Of a stretch of DNA of 64,000 nucleotides, positions 9,723 to 22,357 are shown in pieces. The stretch is from Candidatus Multivoradales bacterium (lineage in GTDB: Bacteria > Acidobacteriota > Thermoanaerobaculia > Multivoradales > J023). The notes beneath the pieces were generated by a model, which had not been told where the DNA came from, made no database searches, and saw only the letters and a program-made list of their open reading frames with translations. The stretch spans positions 1,984,001-2,048,000 of the forward strand of contig CBDFLE010000005.1 in assembly GCA_965248925.1 (NCBI GenBank), given 5' to 3'. The translations under genes were made by a program, and so were the position numbers. Position 1 is the first letter of the stretch. Every line of letters begins with the position of its first letter.

Positions 9723-10757
9723 TTGAAGCGTCATCTGAATACTCTTTTCGTCACCACCCAAGGCGCCTACCTGGCTTGCCAGGGCGAGACGGTGAAAGTG
9801 CGCATCGAGCGCGAGACCCGTATGCGGGTACCGATTCACCTCCTTGGCTCGATCGTCTGCTTTGGCCAGGTGGCTTGCAGCCCGCCGCTGCTCGGCCTGT
9901 GCTGCGAGCGGGGCGTACAGGTGGCATTTCTCACCGAGCGCGGCCGCTTCCTGGGCCGAGTGGAGGGTTCGCCATCAGGCAACGTGCTGCTGCGGCGGAC
10001 CCAGTTTCGCCGCGCCGACGAGCCCACCTTCTGTACCGAGCTAGCGCGCACCATCGTGCTGGGCAAAGTAGCCAACAGCCGCGCGGTATTGTTGCGAGCA
10101 GCCCGCGAGCAGGGTGCCGGCCACAGCGCCGACGCACTGCGCCAGAGCGCCCAACACTTGGCCGCATTGATCGCGCGTTGGCGTCACGCTGGCAGCGACC
10201 TCGAAGCGATTCGTGGATTCGAAGGTGAGGCCGCGAGGTCTTACTTTCAGGTCTTTGACAACTTAATCACTGTACAGAAGCGGAGTTTCCGTTTCGAGGG
10301 GAGGTCGCGCCGGCCCCCCCTCGATCGGATCAACTGCTTACTGTCCTTCGTGTATACCTTATTGGCCAGCGACGTGACCGCGGCCCTCGACGCCACCGGT
10401 TTAGATTCGCAAGTTGGCTACCTACACCGCGACCGTCCAGGCCGTCCCAGCCTAGCCCTGGATCTGATGGAAGAGCTGCGGCCTTCCTTGGCTGATCGTC
10501 TGGTCTTGACCTTGGTCAACCAGCGACAAATAACCGGTCGCAACTTCACCCTCGAACCCGCCGGCGCGGTGTGGTTGAACAAGGCTGGCCGCCGCACCGT
10601 GCTCGAGGCTTACCAAGAGCGCAAGCGCGCCGAGCTGCGCCATCCCTTCTTGGACGAGAAAGTCACAGTCGGTCTATTACCCTTTATCCAGGCCCGTTTG
10701 CTTGCCCGCTATCTACGCGGCGACCTGGACGGCTACCCGCCATTTCACTGGCGCTGA
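9723..10757 (+). CDS. cas1: Type I-C Cas1 integrase
   Basis: TTG start 'LKRHLNTLFVTTQGAYL'; 'RGFEGEAARSYF', 'RRPPLDRINCLLSFVY', 'LALDLMEELR'. Confidence 0.95.
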   Translation: MKRHLNTLFVTTQGAYLACQGETVKVRIERETRMRVPIHLLGSIVCFGQVACSPPLLGLCCERGVQVAFLTERGRFLGRVEGSPSGNVLLRRTQFRRADEPTFCTELARTIVLGKVANSRAVLLRAAREQGAGHSADALRQSAQHLAALIARWRHAGSDLEAIRGFEGEAARSYFQVFDNLITVQKRSFRFEGRSRRPPLDRINCLLSFVYTLLASDVTAALDATGLDSQVGYLHRDRPGRPSLALDLMEELRPSLADRLVLTLVNQRQITGRNFTLEPAGAVWLNKAGRRTVLEAYQERKRAELRHPFLDEKVTVGLLPFIQARLLARYLRGDLDGYPPFHWR

Positions 10758-10766
10758 GAGGTCGTA

Positions 10767-11057
10767 ATGTTAGTCCTGGTGAGCTACGACGTATCCACCC
10801 GCACCGGCAGCGGCCGCCGTCGCTTGCGGCGAGTGGCCAAGATCTGTGAGGATCATGGTCAGCGAGTGCAGAACTCCGTCTTCGAGTGTTTGCTCGATGC
10901 AGAACAGCTCACCCTCCTACGAGCCCGGCTCGTAGAGGTGATCAAGCCCGAAGAAGACAGCCTGAGATTTTATCTCTTGGGCAAGAATTGGCGCGGCCGA
11001 GTCGAGCACATGGGAATCAAACCGAGTATCGACATGGAAGGCCCACTGGTATTGTAG
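10767..11057 (+). CDS. cas2: Cas2
   Basis: 'MLVLVSYDV...RRLRRVAKIC...GQRVQNSVFEC...DSLRFY'. Confidence 0.96.
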   Translation: MLVLVSYDVSTRTGSGRRRLRRVAKICEDHGQRVQNSVFECLLDAEQLTLLRARLVEVIKPEEDSLRFYLLGKNWRGRVEHMGIKPSIDMEGPLVL

Positions 11058-11239
11058 ACACCGCGCGGACCCCAAGTGGTGGCCCCAACCCTGGCAGGTT
11101 CGCGATCCCGATAACCCACGATTCTTCAAGGAGTTGCAAAGTCACCGTAGAAACCAAACGATTCCCAGCGAGCAAAAACTCAGAGGTCCGCGCAAACCTC
11201 ATTGTAAACTACAGAAAACACCCGACTTAAAATGACGGG
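11058..11239 (+). promoter_or_regulatory. CRISPR leader
   Basis: Non-coding, more AT-rich stretch between cas2 and the first repeat. Contains GCGCGGACC (11063-71), its perfect inverse GGTCCGCGC (11185-93) and AGGTTCGCG (11096-104), resembling conserved type I-C leader motifs. Confidence 0.8.
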
Positions 11240-14200
11240 CTTGCCCCCCGCGCGGGGGCGTGGATTGAAACCAGGCGCCGCATAAGTTGTTTTGACAATG
11301 GCTTGGCCTTGCCCCCCGCGCGGGGGCGTGGATTGAAACTGCCGCCGCCGCTTCCCATGCGGACTCGTCCATCTTGCCCCCCGCGCGGGGGCGTGGATTG
11401 AAACTGCATCGTGTTCCGGACGATCTCTGCCGTCATCGCTTGCCCCCCGCGCGGGGGCGTGGATTGAAACGAGGGAGGCGTATGACTTGGCGTGGTAGAT
11501 GGTCTTGCCCCCCGCGCGGGGGCGTGGATTGAAACATCACTGTACGGCCTACAGACAGTGATTACCAACTTGCCCCCCGCGCGGGGGCGTGGATTGAAAC
11601 TCGCCGAGTGTCTTCGATGGCCCTGAGCTGGCCCTTGCCCCCCGCGCGGGGGCGTGGATTGAAACAGCAGATGGAGGACGAACCAGGCGAACATCGCGAC
11701 TTGCCCCCCGCGCGGGGGCGTGGATTGAAACTTCATGATCTCCCACCAGCGCCCAGACTCTTCCTCCTTGCCCCCCGCGCGGGGGCGTGGATTGAAACGC
11801 TCGAGGCTTGTCATCTGAGGTGATCAGGTCGGCTTGCCCCCCGCGCGGGGGCGTGGATTGAAACGTGCTCGCCACCCACGCCATCTCATGCTGCCACCCC
11901 TTGCCCCCCGCGCGGGGGCGTGGATTGAAACATGGCGCTGGCCGTCTTACGGCTCAGGTATTCGACTTGCCCCCCGCGCGGGGGCGTGGATTGAAACGCC
12001 CCGTTAGCCGCCGTCGACCATTGGGGGCTGACTTGCCCCCCGCGCGGGGGCGTGGATTGAAACTGCGTCAACTCGTCGACCTTGTTGCGCATGGTGTCCT
12101 TGCCCCCCGCGCGGGGGCGTGGATTGAAACGGGTCGCGCCTCATAAGCCAGTTCGGAGAGCCTGCTTGCCCCCCGCGCGGGGGCGTGGATTGAAACGTCT
12201 ACCCGGTCTCTGGGTTCGAAGATTTTTTTGGCTTGCCCCCCGCGCGGGGGCGTGGATTGAAACCCGAGCGTATCGGGGGAACGGGGAAGCGAACCACTTG
12301 CCCCCCGCGCGGGGGCGTGGATTGAAACCCCTCGTTGCCTTTCGGAAGAACCTCTATGACGAGCTTGCCCCCCGCGCGGGGGCGTGGATTGAAACTCCTG
12401 AAAGGTCCAGGTCCCAACCCGCGAGAGACACTTGCCCCCCGCGCGGGGGCGTGGATTGAAACTATTGTGCCCAGCCATGAACACAAAGGGGAGACCTTGC
12501 CCCCCGCGCGGGGGCGTGGATTGAAACTCGCTCCAGTTGTCGGGCGGCGGTTTTGAGCGCCCTTGCCCCCCGCGCGGGGGCGTGGATTGAAACGGCTCCA
12601 GGCAGTTGTCGTCAAAGAGGGTTGCGGCTTGCCCCCCGCGCGGGGGCGTGGATTGAAACTTTCGGTCGCGGCGCCGAACCGCGACCAGTGAACTTGCCCC
12701 CCGCGCGGGGGCGTGGATTGAAACTACATTCCGGGCGGTCTAGAACTTGCGCCGGACTTGCCCCCCGCGCGGGGGCGTGGATTGAAACTCGCAGTTCGAC
12801 CAGGTCAAAAACGCGCGGAGACTTGCCCCCCGCGCGGGGGCGTGGATTGAAACTAGAAGCGCCGATATGTTGCCTACTCGCTTGTCGGCTTGCCCCCCGC
12901 GCGGGGGCGTGGATTGAAACTGTTCGGCGAAGAGGAGTGGCTTCGGTACCGAAGCTTGCCCCCCGCGCGGGGGCGTGGATTGAAACCGAACCGGGGAAGC
13001 CGCCTGGACTCTTGAAAGGCTTGCCCCCCGCGCGGGGGCGTGGATTGAAACTCTTTGGGCCGGACCACGCAGGGCCTCGCCCAGCTTGCCCCCCGCGCGG
13101 GGGCGTGGATTGAAACGTCTCTCCGTGCCTTCCGGGCTGTCGGCCCACCGCTTGCCCCCCGCGCGGGGGCGTGGATTGAAACATCGAGTCGCTGGAGTCA
13201 CAGTTAGAAGCCCAGCTTGCCCCCCGCGCGGGGGCGTGGATTGAAACTGTTTTCGAAGGGGCCAACGGGGGTTCTTAGGGAACTTGCCCCCCGCGCGGGG
13301 GCGTGGATTGAAACTGTTTTCGAAGGGGCCAACGGGGGTTCTTAGGGAACTTGCCCCCCGCGCGGGGGCGTGGATTGAAACGCGGCGAACGAAGTCGCGC
13401 AAAAGTGTTGGGACGCTTGCCCCCCGCGCGGGGGCGTGGATTGAAACGTACCAGCATTGATCGTTTCGGGATGGCTCGACTTGCCCCCCGCGCGGGGGCG
13501 TGGATTGAAACACCACCACGATATTAGCGCGGTCGTTAATCCAGCCCTTGCCCCCCGCGCGGGGGCGTGGATTGAAACGTATGTCGTTTATAGCGAGCCA
13601 CAGGAGGTAATTCTTGCCCCCCGCGCGGGGGCGTGGATTGAAACGGCCCCACTCGAGGCCTTCTACCCACGCCTCCACTTGCCCCCCGCGCGGGGGCGTG
13701 GATTGAAACACTGCTGGCAGGCGGGCCCTGGGCGCAGCGCAGGCTTGCCCCCCGCGCGGGGGCGTGGATTGAAACTGGAAGAGGTCGCGAACGCTCTTCG
13801 TGGTGTTCCCTTGCCCCCCGCGCGGGGGCGTGGATTGAAACACGATGAATCGACTATGGACACCAAGCTGTCTAGCTTGCCCCCCGCGCGGGGGCGTGGA
13901 TTGAAACGACAGGCGCCGGGACTCTCCCCCGGACGCCCAGCTTGCCCCCCGCGCGGGGGCGTGGATTGAAACCGACTGGGCCGATATCCAGGCGGCGGCG
14001 ACAAGATGCTTGCCCCCCGCGCGGGGGCGTGGATTGAAACTCTCTAGGAAACGGGGTGCCCTGGATGTCTGACACCTTGCCCCCCGCGCGGGGGCGTGGA
14101 TTGAAACTTACTCGCTGGAAACCATCTGGCTTAACACATATCTTGCCCCCCGCGCGGGGGCGTGGATTGAAACGCACAACCGGCACAGTAGAGGCGGGAG

Positions 14201-16312
14201 CTGGACTTGCCCCCCGCGCGGGGGCGTGGATTGAAACTCATGACCAACATGGCGAATGCAGCGTTCGCCTGCTTGCCCCCCGCGCGGGGGCGTGGATTGA
14301 AACAGGACCGAGGCCGGCTTCAAGAGAATCAGGAACCGCTTGCCCCCCGCGCGGGGGCGTGGATTGAAACTTTTTACCCGTTACCATTCTTCCAAGCCCT
14401 CCTTGCTTGCCCCCCGCGCGGGGGCGTGGATTGAAACGATCGGGGGGGCCCACATAGCCCCCACAACCCCTCCTTGCCCCCCGCGCGGGGGCGTGGATTG
14501 AAACGCGGTGTGGCCACCGACCCGTGGTCACCGACCCTTGCCCCCCGCGCGGGGGCGTGGATTGAAACCTGCGTCGCTCAAGCGAGGGTGACGCAGACCG
14601 GCTTGCCCCCCGCGCGGGGGCGTGGATTGAAACAGGAAGCGGATCCGGAATCCTGAGACGCAGAGAGAGCTTGCCCCCCGCGCGGGGGCGTGGATTGAAA
14701 CCGCACTATCGCGACGCCTGTCTCTCCTGCCATCCTTGCCCCCCGCGCGGGGGCGTGGATTGAAACACTTCGAGCTCGACGCTCGCCTTTCTGGAGGGTC
14801 CTTGCCCCCCGCGCGGGGGCGTGGATTGAAACTCTTCCCCAACAGGGTCATACAGAACATACCCCCTTGCCCCCCGCGCGGGGGCGTGGATTGAAACTAT
14901 GCTGGAAGAGATTAACGAACTTGAAAAAGCTACTTGCCCCCCGCGCGGGGGCGTGGATTGAAACAATCGACACCCGAGCGCCAGCGCTGTCGGCCTCCTT
15001 GCCCCCCGCGCGGGGGCGTGGATTGAAACTTTGACATCTCTGTTTCTACTCCTAGCTTGCCCATCCTTGCCCCCCGCGCGGGGGCGTGGATTGAAACTGT
15101 CGAGTCGCCTTCCCCGAGTTCTCCGGGTTGGCTTGCCCCCCGCGCGGGGGCGTGGATTGAAACGGTCGAGAGTAGTAGTGATATCAGGCGGGCCAAACTT
15201 GCCCCCCGCGCGGGGGCGTGGATTGAAACTCTCGCCGAAAAGGAATGAACCGGGAAACAGGGCTTGCCCCCCGCGCGGGGGCGTGGATTGAAACGCTTTA
15301 ATCGCGGCGAAATAGTCGAGGCGACAACCCTTGCCCCCCGCGCGGGGGCGTGGATTGAAACCAATTCGGAAACTTGATAACGGTTCCCCGGTGTCCTTGC
15401 CCCCCGCGCGGGGGCGTGGATTGAAACATCTCCGAATCTTCGCCTCCGACTCGCCACCAGTCTTGCCCCCCGCGCGGGGGCGTGGATTGAAACAGTTTGC
15501 CCATTGCCACTGCTGACCGGTCGTCCGCTTGCCCCCCGCGCGGGGGCGTGGATTGAAAAATTTCATCTCCTATTGGTAGGGCACGGGCTGTACTTGCCCC
15601 CCGCGCGGGGGCGTGGATTGAAACTATCGGAGAATTTGTTTATAAGATGAGTTCCGGCTTGCCCCCCGCGCGGGGGCGTGGATTGAAACTGCGCTCACGC
15701 TTTCAGGCCGCGTGTCGAGTTTCTTGCCCCCCGCGCGGGGGCGTGGATTGAAACAAGGAAGTCAGCTTCCCATTGCAGCGCGACAGACTTGCCCCCCGCG
15801 CGGGGGCGTGGATTGAAACTACTTCGAGGCGTACCGGTTCGCGCTGTGGCTAGCCTTGCCCCCCGCGCGGGGGCGTGGATTGAAACCCCCGCGGCAGTTG
15901 CGGCACCTGCTGGGGTTTACTTGCCCCCCGCGCGGGGGCGTGGATTGAAACTAGCAGAATCAGGATGGACATCTGGGCCGGCGCCTTGCCCCCCGCGCGG
16001 GGGCGTGGATTGAAACTCGCAATCAATACAGATCTCATCGATTGTAATGCCTTGCCCCCCGCGCGGGGGCGTGGATTGAAACCGCCTACGGAAGTTTCCG
16101 TGGCACAGTTCGTTCCCTTGCCCCCCGCGCGGGGGCGTGGATTGAAACGTCTCGGTGTGCTTGTCTACCCATTCCCGAGCCACTTGCCCCCCGCGCGGGG
16201 GCGTGGATTGAAACTCGCGGGTCTCAGCTGCTCGCTCTCCCAGACGACTTGCCCCCCGCGCGGGGGCGTGGATTGAAACCGCAGCTGTACGCCGCCACCT
16301 CGCGCGATCTAA

Positions 16313-16426
<114 letters not shown>

Positions 16427-16736
16427 TAAGCTAGTGGGCGTTTTCTTGCCCCCCGCGCGGGGGCGTGGATTGAAACTCAGTCGGCGTGCCCGGCCCGACA
16501 AGATCTACAGCTTGCCCCCCGCGCGGGGGCGTGGATTGAAACCCATGGTGTACTGCGATAAGCTAGTGGGCGTTTTCTTGCCCCCCGCGCGGGGGCGTGG
16601 ATTGAAACATCAGCTCGGCCTACCAGCTCGTCGGCGAGGACTTGCCCCCCGCGCGGGGGCGTGGATTGAAACTCGTAGGAGGTCGGTACCCGGCCGTCGG
16701 CGTCTAACTTGCCCCCCGCGCGGGGGCGTGGATTGA

Positions 16737-16997
<261 letters not shown>

Positions 16998-18824
16998 TGA
17001 AACGAGCATGGGTGGCCAGAAACTACCTCATGAGATCCCTTGCCCCCCGCGCGGGGGCGTGGATTGAAACTTTCTTACGAATCCCCTAACGACCGCTGGC
17101 TTAGACTTGCCCCCCGCGCGGGGGCGTGGATTGAAACTTTAATAAAGGTACATGAAGTAGAAGGCTATCCTTGCCCCCCGCGCGGGGGCGTGGATTGAAA
17201 CTTCGCCATCGTCGTCTGTTCCCTTTTTTTTTGTCTTGCCCCCCGCGCGGGGGCGTGGATTGAAACCTCTCGTGTCAGCAACAGTTTGCCCAACCAAGGC
17301 TTGCCCCCCGCGCGGGGGCGTGGATTGAAACTAAATTGATCGGATCAACGGATCCGATCTGCGTTGCTTGCCCCCCGCGCGGGGGCGTGGATTGAAACGT
17401 CAATCGACGACATCACAACCTCGTGCTGGTCGCTTGCCCCCCGCGCGAGGGCGTGGATTGAAACATTCAAGTTCTCCGGGAAGACGGCTCTGCGAAACCT
17501 TGCCCCCCGCGCGGGGGCGTGGATTGAAACCCGACGCCAACCAACGCCTGTTCGAAACGGGCGCTTGCCCCCCGCGCGGGGGCGTGGATTGAAACAATTT
17601 CACTAATTTCATGAGTATCAAGTATTTCAGCTTGCCCCCCGCGCGGGGGCGTGGATTGAAACCTGACGCCTGGGTGAACGTCCGTGATGCGCTCTGCTTG
17701 CCCCCCGCGCGGGGGCGTGGATTGAAACGCTCGGAGGCGTTGGCGAAGCAGGTGGATCACCTCTTGCCCCCCGCGCGGGGGCGTGGATTGAAACTAACCG
17801 CGTCGTCCCACATCGGAACAACGACCAGGCTTGCCCCCCGCGCGGGGGCGTGGATTGAAACAGGTCGGGATACTCTTCGAGGAACTCTTCCTCGGCTTGC
17901 CCCCCGCGCGGGGGCGTGGATTGAAACAAGCGATCGCCGGTGGTCGGCCCCTTCGTGCCTTCTTGCCCCCCGCGCGGGGGCGTGGATTGAAACACCCGCA
18001 CCGGTCCGCCAGAGCCCGAGCCGGTCCCCTTGCCCCCCGCGCGGGGGCGTGGATTGAAACAAGATGGTCAATTGTCTTTGCCAGTTCCATGTTGCTTGCC
18101 CCCCGCGCGGGGGCGTGGATTGAAACAGTTGCGGCGGGTGCAACGAGACGGCCCAGTCGACTTGCCCCCCGCGCGGGGGCGTGGATTGAAACGTAGCAAG
18201 CTGTAGCATCTTTATTTCCGGCGCCGCTTGCCCCCCGCGCGGGGGCGTGGATTGAAACTCTCCTGCCAATATCCTTAAAGCTTTATCTCTGCTTGCCCCC
18301 CGCGCGGGGGCGTGGATTGAAACCGCCTGGTGCGGGAACAATTCGCCGCTGGCAGAGCTTGCCCCCCGCGCGGGGGCGTGGATTGAAACTCCAGAAGACT
18401 GCGACAAGAGCGCATCCCTGGGCACTTGCCCCCCGCGCGGGGGCGTGGATTGAAACGATACGGCCTGGCTTGCCTATTCCGACGAAACTGACCAGCCATT
18501 CCGATCGAAACCGACCACTTGTCGGAGCGAAGCGACGCTCGCGCTCTCCTCAGTTGTAAGTGTCCACTTTCGCTGTAGCTGGAGCCCTCCTTCCGGCTCT
18601 TCTTCTTGGTTGATTGTATTCAAATAACCCGTCGTCGGGGCTGTGCGTAGCTGTGGGAAACGCGGGTGGGTGGCCGGGGGGCGTTTTCCAAGCGGTTGTG
18701 GGAATCGCAGAGCGATTTCCACAACCGCGGCAGCTTCCACAGTCCATCTTGGGTCGGGTCCGGATCGGGCCGCAGGCCCGCTGATGGGTCCGGATCGGCG
18801 ATCGCTTCAGCATGCTCTTGGATC

Positions 18825-19589
18825 TCACCTTGCCTCTCGCTGGGCGGCCTTGCGAATACCGCCGGCTCTCTTCGCCCGCATGGAGTCACCGTCCACCGCG
18901 AGCTTGTAGGCGCCGTGGACAATGCGATCGAGGATGGCGTCGGCCAAGGTCGGATCGCCGATGACCTCGTACCAGCTCTCAACCGGTAGCTGGGAGGTCA
19001 CCAGCGTGGAGCGGTTGCCGTAGCGGTCCTCAAGAATCTCGAGCAGGTCGCGCCGCTCGCTGGCCCCGATCGGCGCCAGCCCCCAGTCGTCGAGGATGAG
19101 CAGGTCTGTGCGAGCATAGCTCTTGAGCAGCTTCTCGTAGCTACCATCACCCCGCGCGATGGCGAGCTGGCGAAACAGCCTCGGCACCCGCAGGTACAAA
19201 GCGGTGTAACCCTCCCGACATGCCTTGTGCGCGAAGGCGCAGGCGAGAAAGGTCTTGCCCACCCCGGCCTTGCCGGTGATCAGCACGTTGAGATGCTCGG
19301 CGATCCACTGGCACGAGGCCAGGCGCAGGATCTGGCCTTTGTCCAGGCCCCTCTTGGCTCGCCAGTCGATGTCTTCGATGGCCGCCTGCTCGCGCAGCTT
19401 GGCTTTTCGCAACCGCGCTATCAAGCGGCGGCTGGATCGCTCGGTCGCTTCGCGCTCGACCAGCAGCCCGAGGCGCTCTTCGAAGGAGAGCTCTGAGACA
19501 TCGACCATCGACAGCTGCTCCTCAAAGGCTTTGGCCATACCGTGGAGCTTGAGCGCGGCGAGTTGATCGAGCGTCGCGTGCCTCAGCAT
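18825..19589 (-). CDS. istB: IS21 helper AAA+ ATPase IstB
   Basis: Walker A 'GKAGVGKT', Walker B 'LLILDDWG', 'TSQLP', 'ADAILDRIVH'. Confidence 0.95.
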   Translation of the reverse strand: MLRHATLDQLAALKLHGMAKAFEEQLSMVDVSELSFEERLGLLVEREATERSSRRLIARLRKAKLREQAAIEDIDWRAKRGLDKGQILRLASCQWIAEHLNVLITGKAGVGKTFLACAFAHKACREGYTALYLRVPRLFRQLAIARGDGSYEKLLKSYARTDLLILDDWGLAPIGASERRDLLEILEDRYGNRSTLVTSQLPVESWYEVIGDPTLADAILDRIVHGAYKLAVDGDSMRAKRAGGIRKAAQREAR

Positions 19590-21157
19590 GGCGGCGTCTC
19601 CTCGCGGCGCGCGGCACTGTAGTAGCTGGCGCCGCGGACGTTGCGGTGCTCGATCGGCGCCGTCACTTCGGTGGGCTCGGGCGCTGCTTGCTGGTCCAGG
19701 CCGCTCTTCAGGATCGACTTCACGCTCTTGTAGGACAGGCCGTGAATGGCGAGCGCGCGGCGGCACGCAGCCTCCAAACGATTGGCACCATAGGTCTTGC
19801 CCAGGCGCATCAGCCCCAGACACGAGCGAAAGCCGTGCTGAGGATGGGAGCGGTTAAGCATGATGGTCTCCACCAGTTCGGCCGTCGCCTGGCCTGTTTT
19901 CGCCGCCCAGCTGATCAGCCGTGTCGGTGTCCACTCCAGGTACGCCTGGTGCGCTTTGGGCATGTGCTCGCTCTGGGTCGTGTGCCGACCCCGACACCGA
20001 TTGCGACGATGAGCAGCCACACGCTTGCCGCGATCGAGCACCTCCACCAGTTGCGCCGTCGCCCGCAGATCGAGCTGCTTCTTGATCAGCTGGTACGGCA
20101 CACTGTAATAGTGGCCCTCGAACTCGACGTGGTAGTCCGGGGCAACGCGTACCTTCTTCCATTCGGCAAGCTCGTAGGGCTGGAGCGGCAAAGCACCCAG
20201 AGCAGGACGATCGACCTGCTCGAACAGCGCTCGGCGCGAGACGCCCAACACCTTCAGCGGACGGTCGTTAAGCTCGACCAGAAGCTTCGCGATGCTCTCG
20301 TTGAGCTCTCGCAGGCTGAAGAACTGCTGGTTACGCAGCCGGGCCAGAATCCAGCGCTCCACTTGCAATACACCGTTTTCGACCTTCGCCTTGTCTTGGG
20401 GCTTCCTCACCCGCGCCGGCACCACCGCCACGCCGTAGTGCTCGGCCAACTCCGCGTAGGTGCGATTGATCTCCGGCTCGTAGCGGCACGGGCTGGTCAC
20501 GCCGCTCTTCAGATTGTCCGGCACCACCAGCTCGCTCACCCCGCCCAGAGCCGCGAAGGTCCGCACATGAGAGCCGATCCAGTCCTCCAGGCCCTGGCTC
20601 CACGTTGCTTCGGCATAGGTGTAGTTGCTCGCCCCCAGCACCGCCACGAAGATCTGCGCTTCGCGCTCTTTGCCAGTCGCCGGGTCGATCACCCTCACGG
20701 TCTGTCCGGCATAGTCGACGAACAGCTTCTCGCCCGCCCGGTAGGCTTGGCGCAGGCACACATCCAGGCGCCCTTCCCAGATCCGGTACAGCTGACAGAA
20801 GCGGCTGAGACCGTAGCCGTCAGGATGGTCCTCCCGGTACTCCTGCCACAGCAGCGACAGGGTTACGCACTTCTTCTTCAGCTCGCCATGCACCTTGGTC
20901 CAGTCGGGCAAGGCTCGCTGACCACCCCTCCGAAGCGGCTGCGGCCGAGGGTACAGGCGTTGCTCCAGCTCAGCGTCGCTCAAAGCTGCTACTTGCTCCC
21001 AGCTCAGGCCTTCAACCTTGGCTCGCAGCAGGTAGCTGCACACCGTCCCGTGGCCCAGCCGAACCGACCGTCCGATCTGGCGGTGCGACAGGCCATGCTG
21101 CCATTTCAGTCTCAGTACCTCGCGTATCTTGCGCATCGATGTCCTCACTCTCGGCAT
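19583..21157 (-). CDS. istA: IS21 transposase IstA
   Basis: 'MRKIREVLRL', 'FVDYAG', 'VPDNLKSGV', 'PQDKAKVENGV'; AAGGAGG RBS. Confidence 0.95.
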   Translation of the reverse strand: MPRVRTSMRKIREVLRLKWQHGLSHRQIGRSVRLGHGTVCSYLLRAKVEGLSWEQVAALSDAELEQRLYPRPQPLRRGGQRALPDWTKVHGELKKKCVTLSLLWQEYREDHPDGYGLSRFCQLYRIWEGRLDVCLRQAYRAGEKLFVDYAGQTVRVIDPATGKEREAQIFVAVLGASNYTYAEATWSQGLEDWIGSHVRTFAALGGVSELVVPDNLKSGVTSPCRYEPEINRTYAELAEHYGVAVVPARVRKPQDKAKVENGVLQVERWILARLRNQQFFSLRELNESIAKLLVELNDRPLKVLGVSRRALFEQVDRPALGALPLQPYELAEWKKVRVAPDYHVEFEGHYYSVPYQLIKKQLDLRATAQLVEVLDRGKRVAAHRRNRCRGRHTTQSEHMPKAHQAYLEWTPTRLISWAAKTGQATAELVETIMLNRSHPQHGFRSCLGLMRLGKTYGANRLEAACRRALAIHGLSYKSVKSILKSGLDQQAAPEPTEVTAPIEHRNVRGASYYSAARREETPPC

Positions 21158-21198
21158 CCAATCCTCCTTTCAAGGAGGCTGGAATACCCCAATTGTGA

Positions 21199-21555
<357 letters not shown>

Positions 21556-22357
21556 TGAAGGCAGGGTGGATGTCAGGCAGCACATATGCTTGCCCCCCGC
21601 GCGGGGGCGTGGATTGAAACCTGAGTACTCCAGTTTTGATCGCACTGCGCACTCCTTGCCCCCCGCGCGGGGGCGTGGATTGAAACCTTGGCCTTCTTCT
21701 TGCCCCGACCCGCCAACCGCTTGCCCCCCGCGCGGGGGCGTGGATTGAAACTATCTGAACCAGGCCACTGGGAAGCACGTCTGAGCTTGCCCCCCGCGCG
21801 GGGGCGTGGATTGAAACTGTTGGTTTGGTGGCTCCGAGTTCGTCGAGCACCCTTGCCCCCCGCGCGGGGGCGTGGATTGAAACGAACGTCATAGTTGGCG
21901 GCCAGAGGCGTTGCGACTTGCCCCCCGCGCGGGGGCGTGGATTGAAACCAAATAGTGCAAGATTACCAACCATCTCGCGCCGCTTGCCCCCCGCGCGGGG
22001 GCGTGGATTGAAACAGCACTGGCTGTTGTGTTTGCCATGCGGGGAACAGCTTGCCCCCCGCGCGGGGGCGTGGATTGAAACAGGTTTGGGAAAGCGATGC
22101 CGATTTTCGGCGGGCGCTTGCCCCCCGCGCGGGGGCGTGGATTGAAACCTCATGGGGGACGACTTCGCCGAACTCCACCGGCTTGCCCCCCGCGCGGGGG
22201 CGTGGATTGAAACTTTTCGCCAAGGATCGCATCGCGGTTGTCGCGCACCTTGCCCCCCGCGCGGGGGCGTGGATTGAAACAACTTAATCAGCTTTTCCTT
22301 CCTGGTTTCTGCCGCTTCGGAATGTGTCAATGAGAATGAGACACTTTCTTCTGGGAA

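Noticed and set aside
18465-18476. CTTGCC at the IS21 left junction mimics the repeat start, hinting at repeat-targeted insertion
   Set aside because: TGCC belongs to the IS inverted repeat, leaving only 2 matching bases, and the site is mid-spacer
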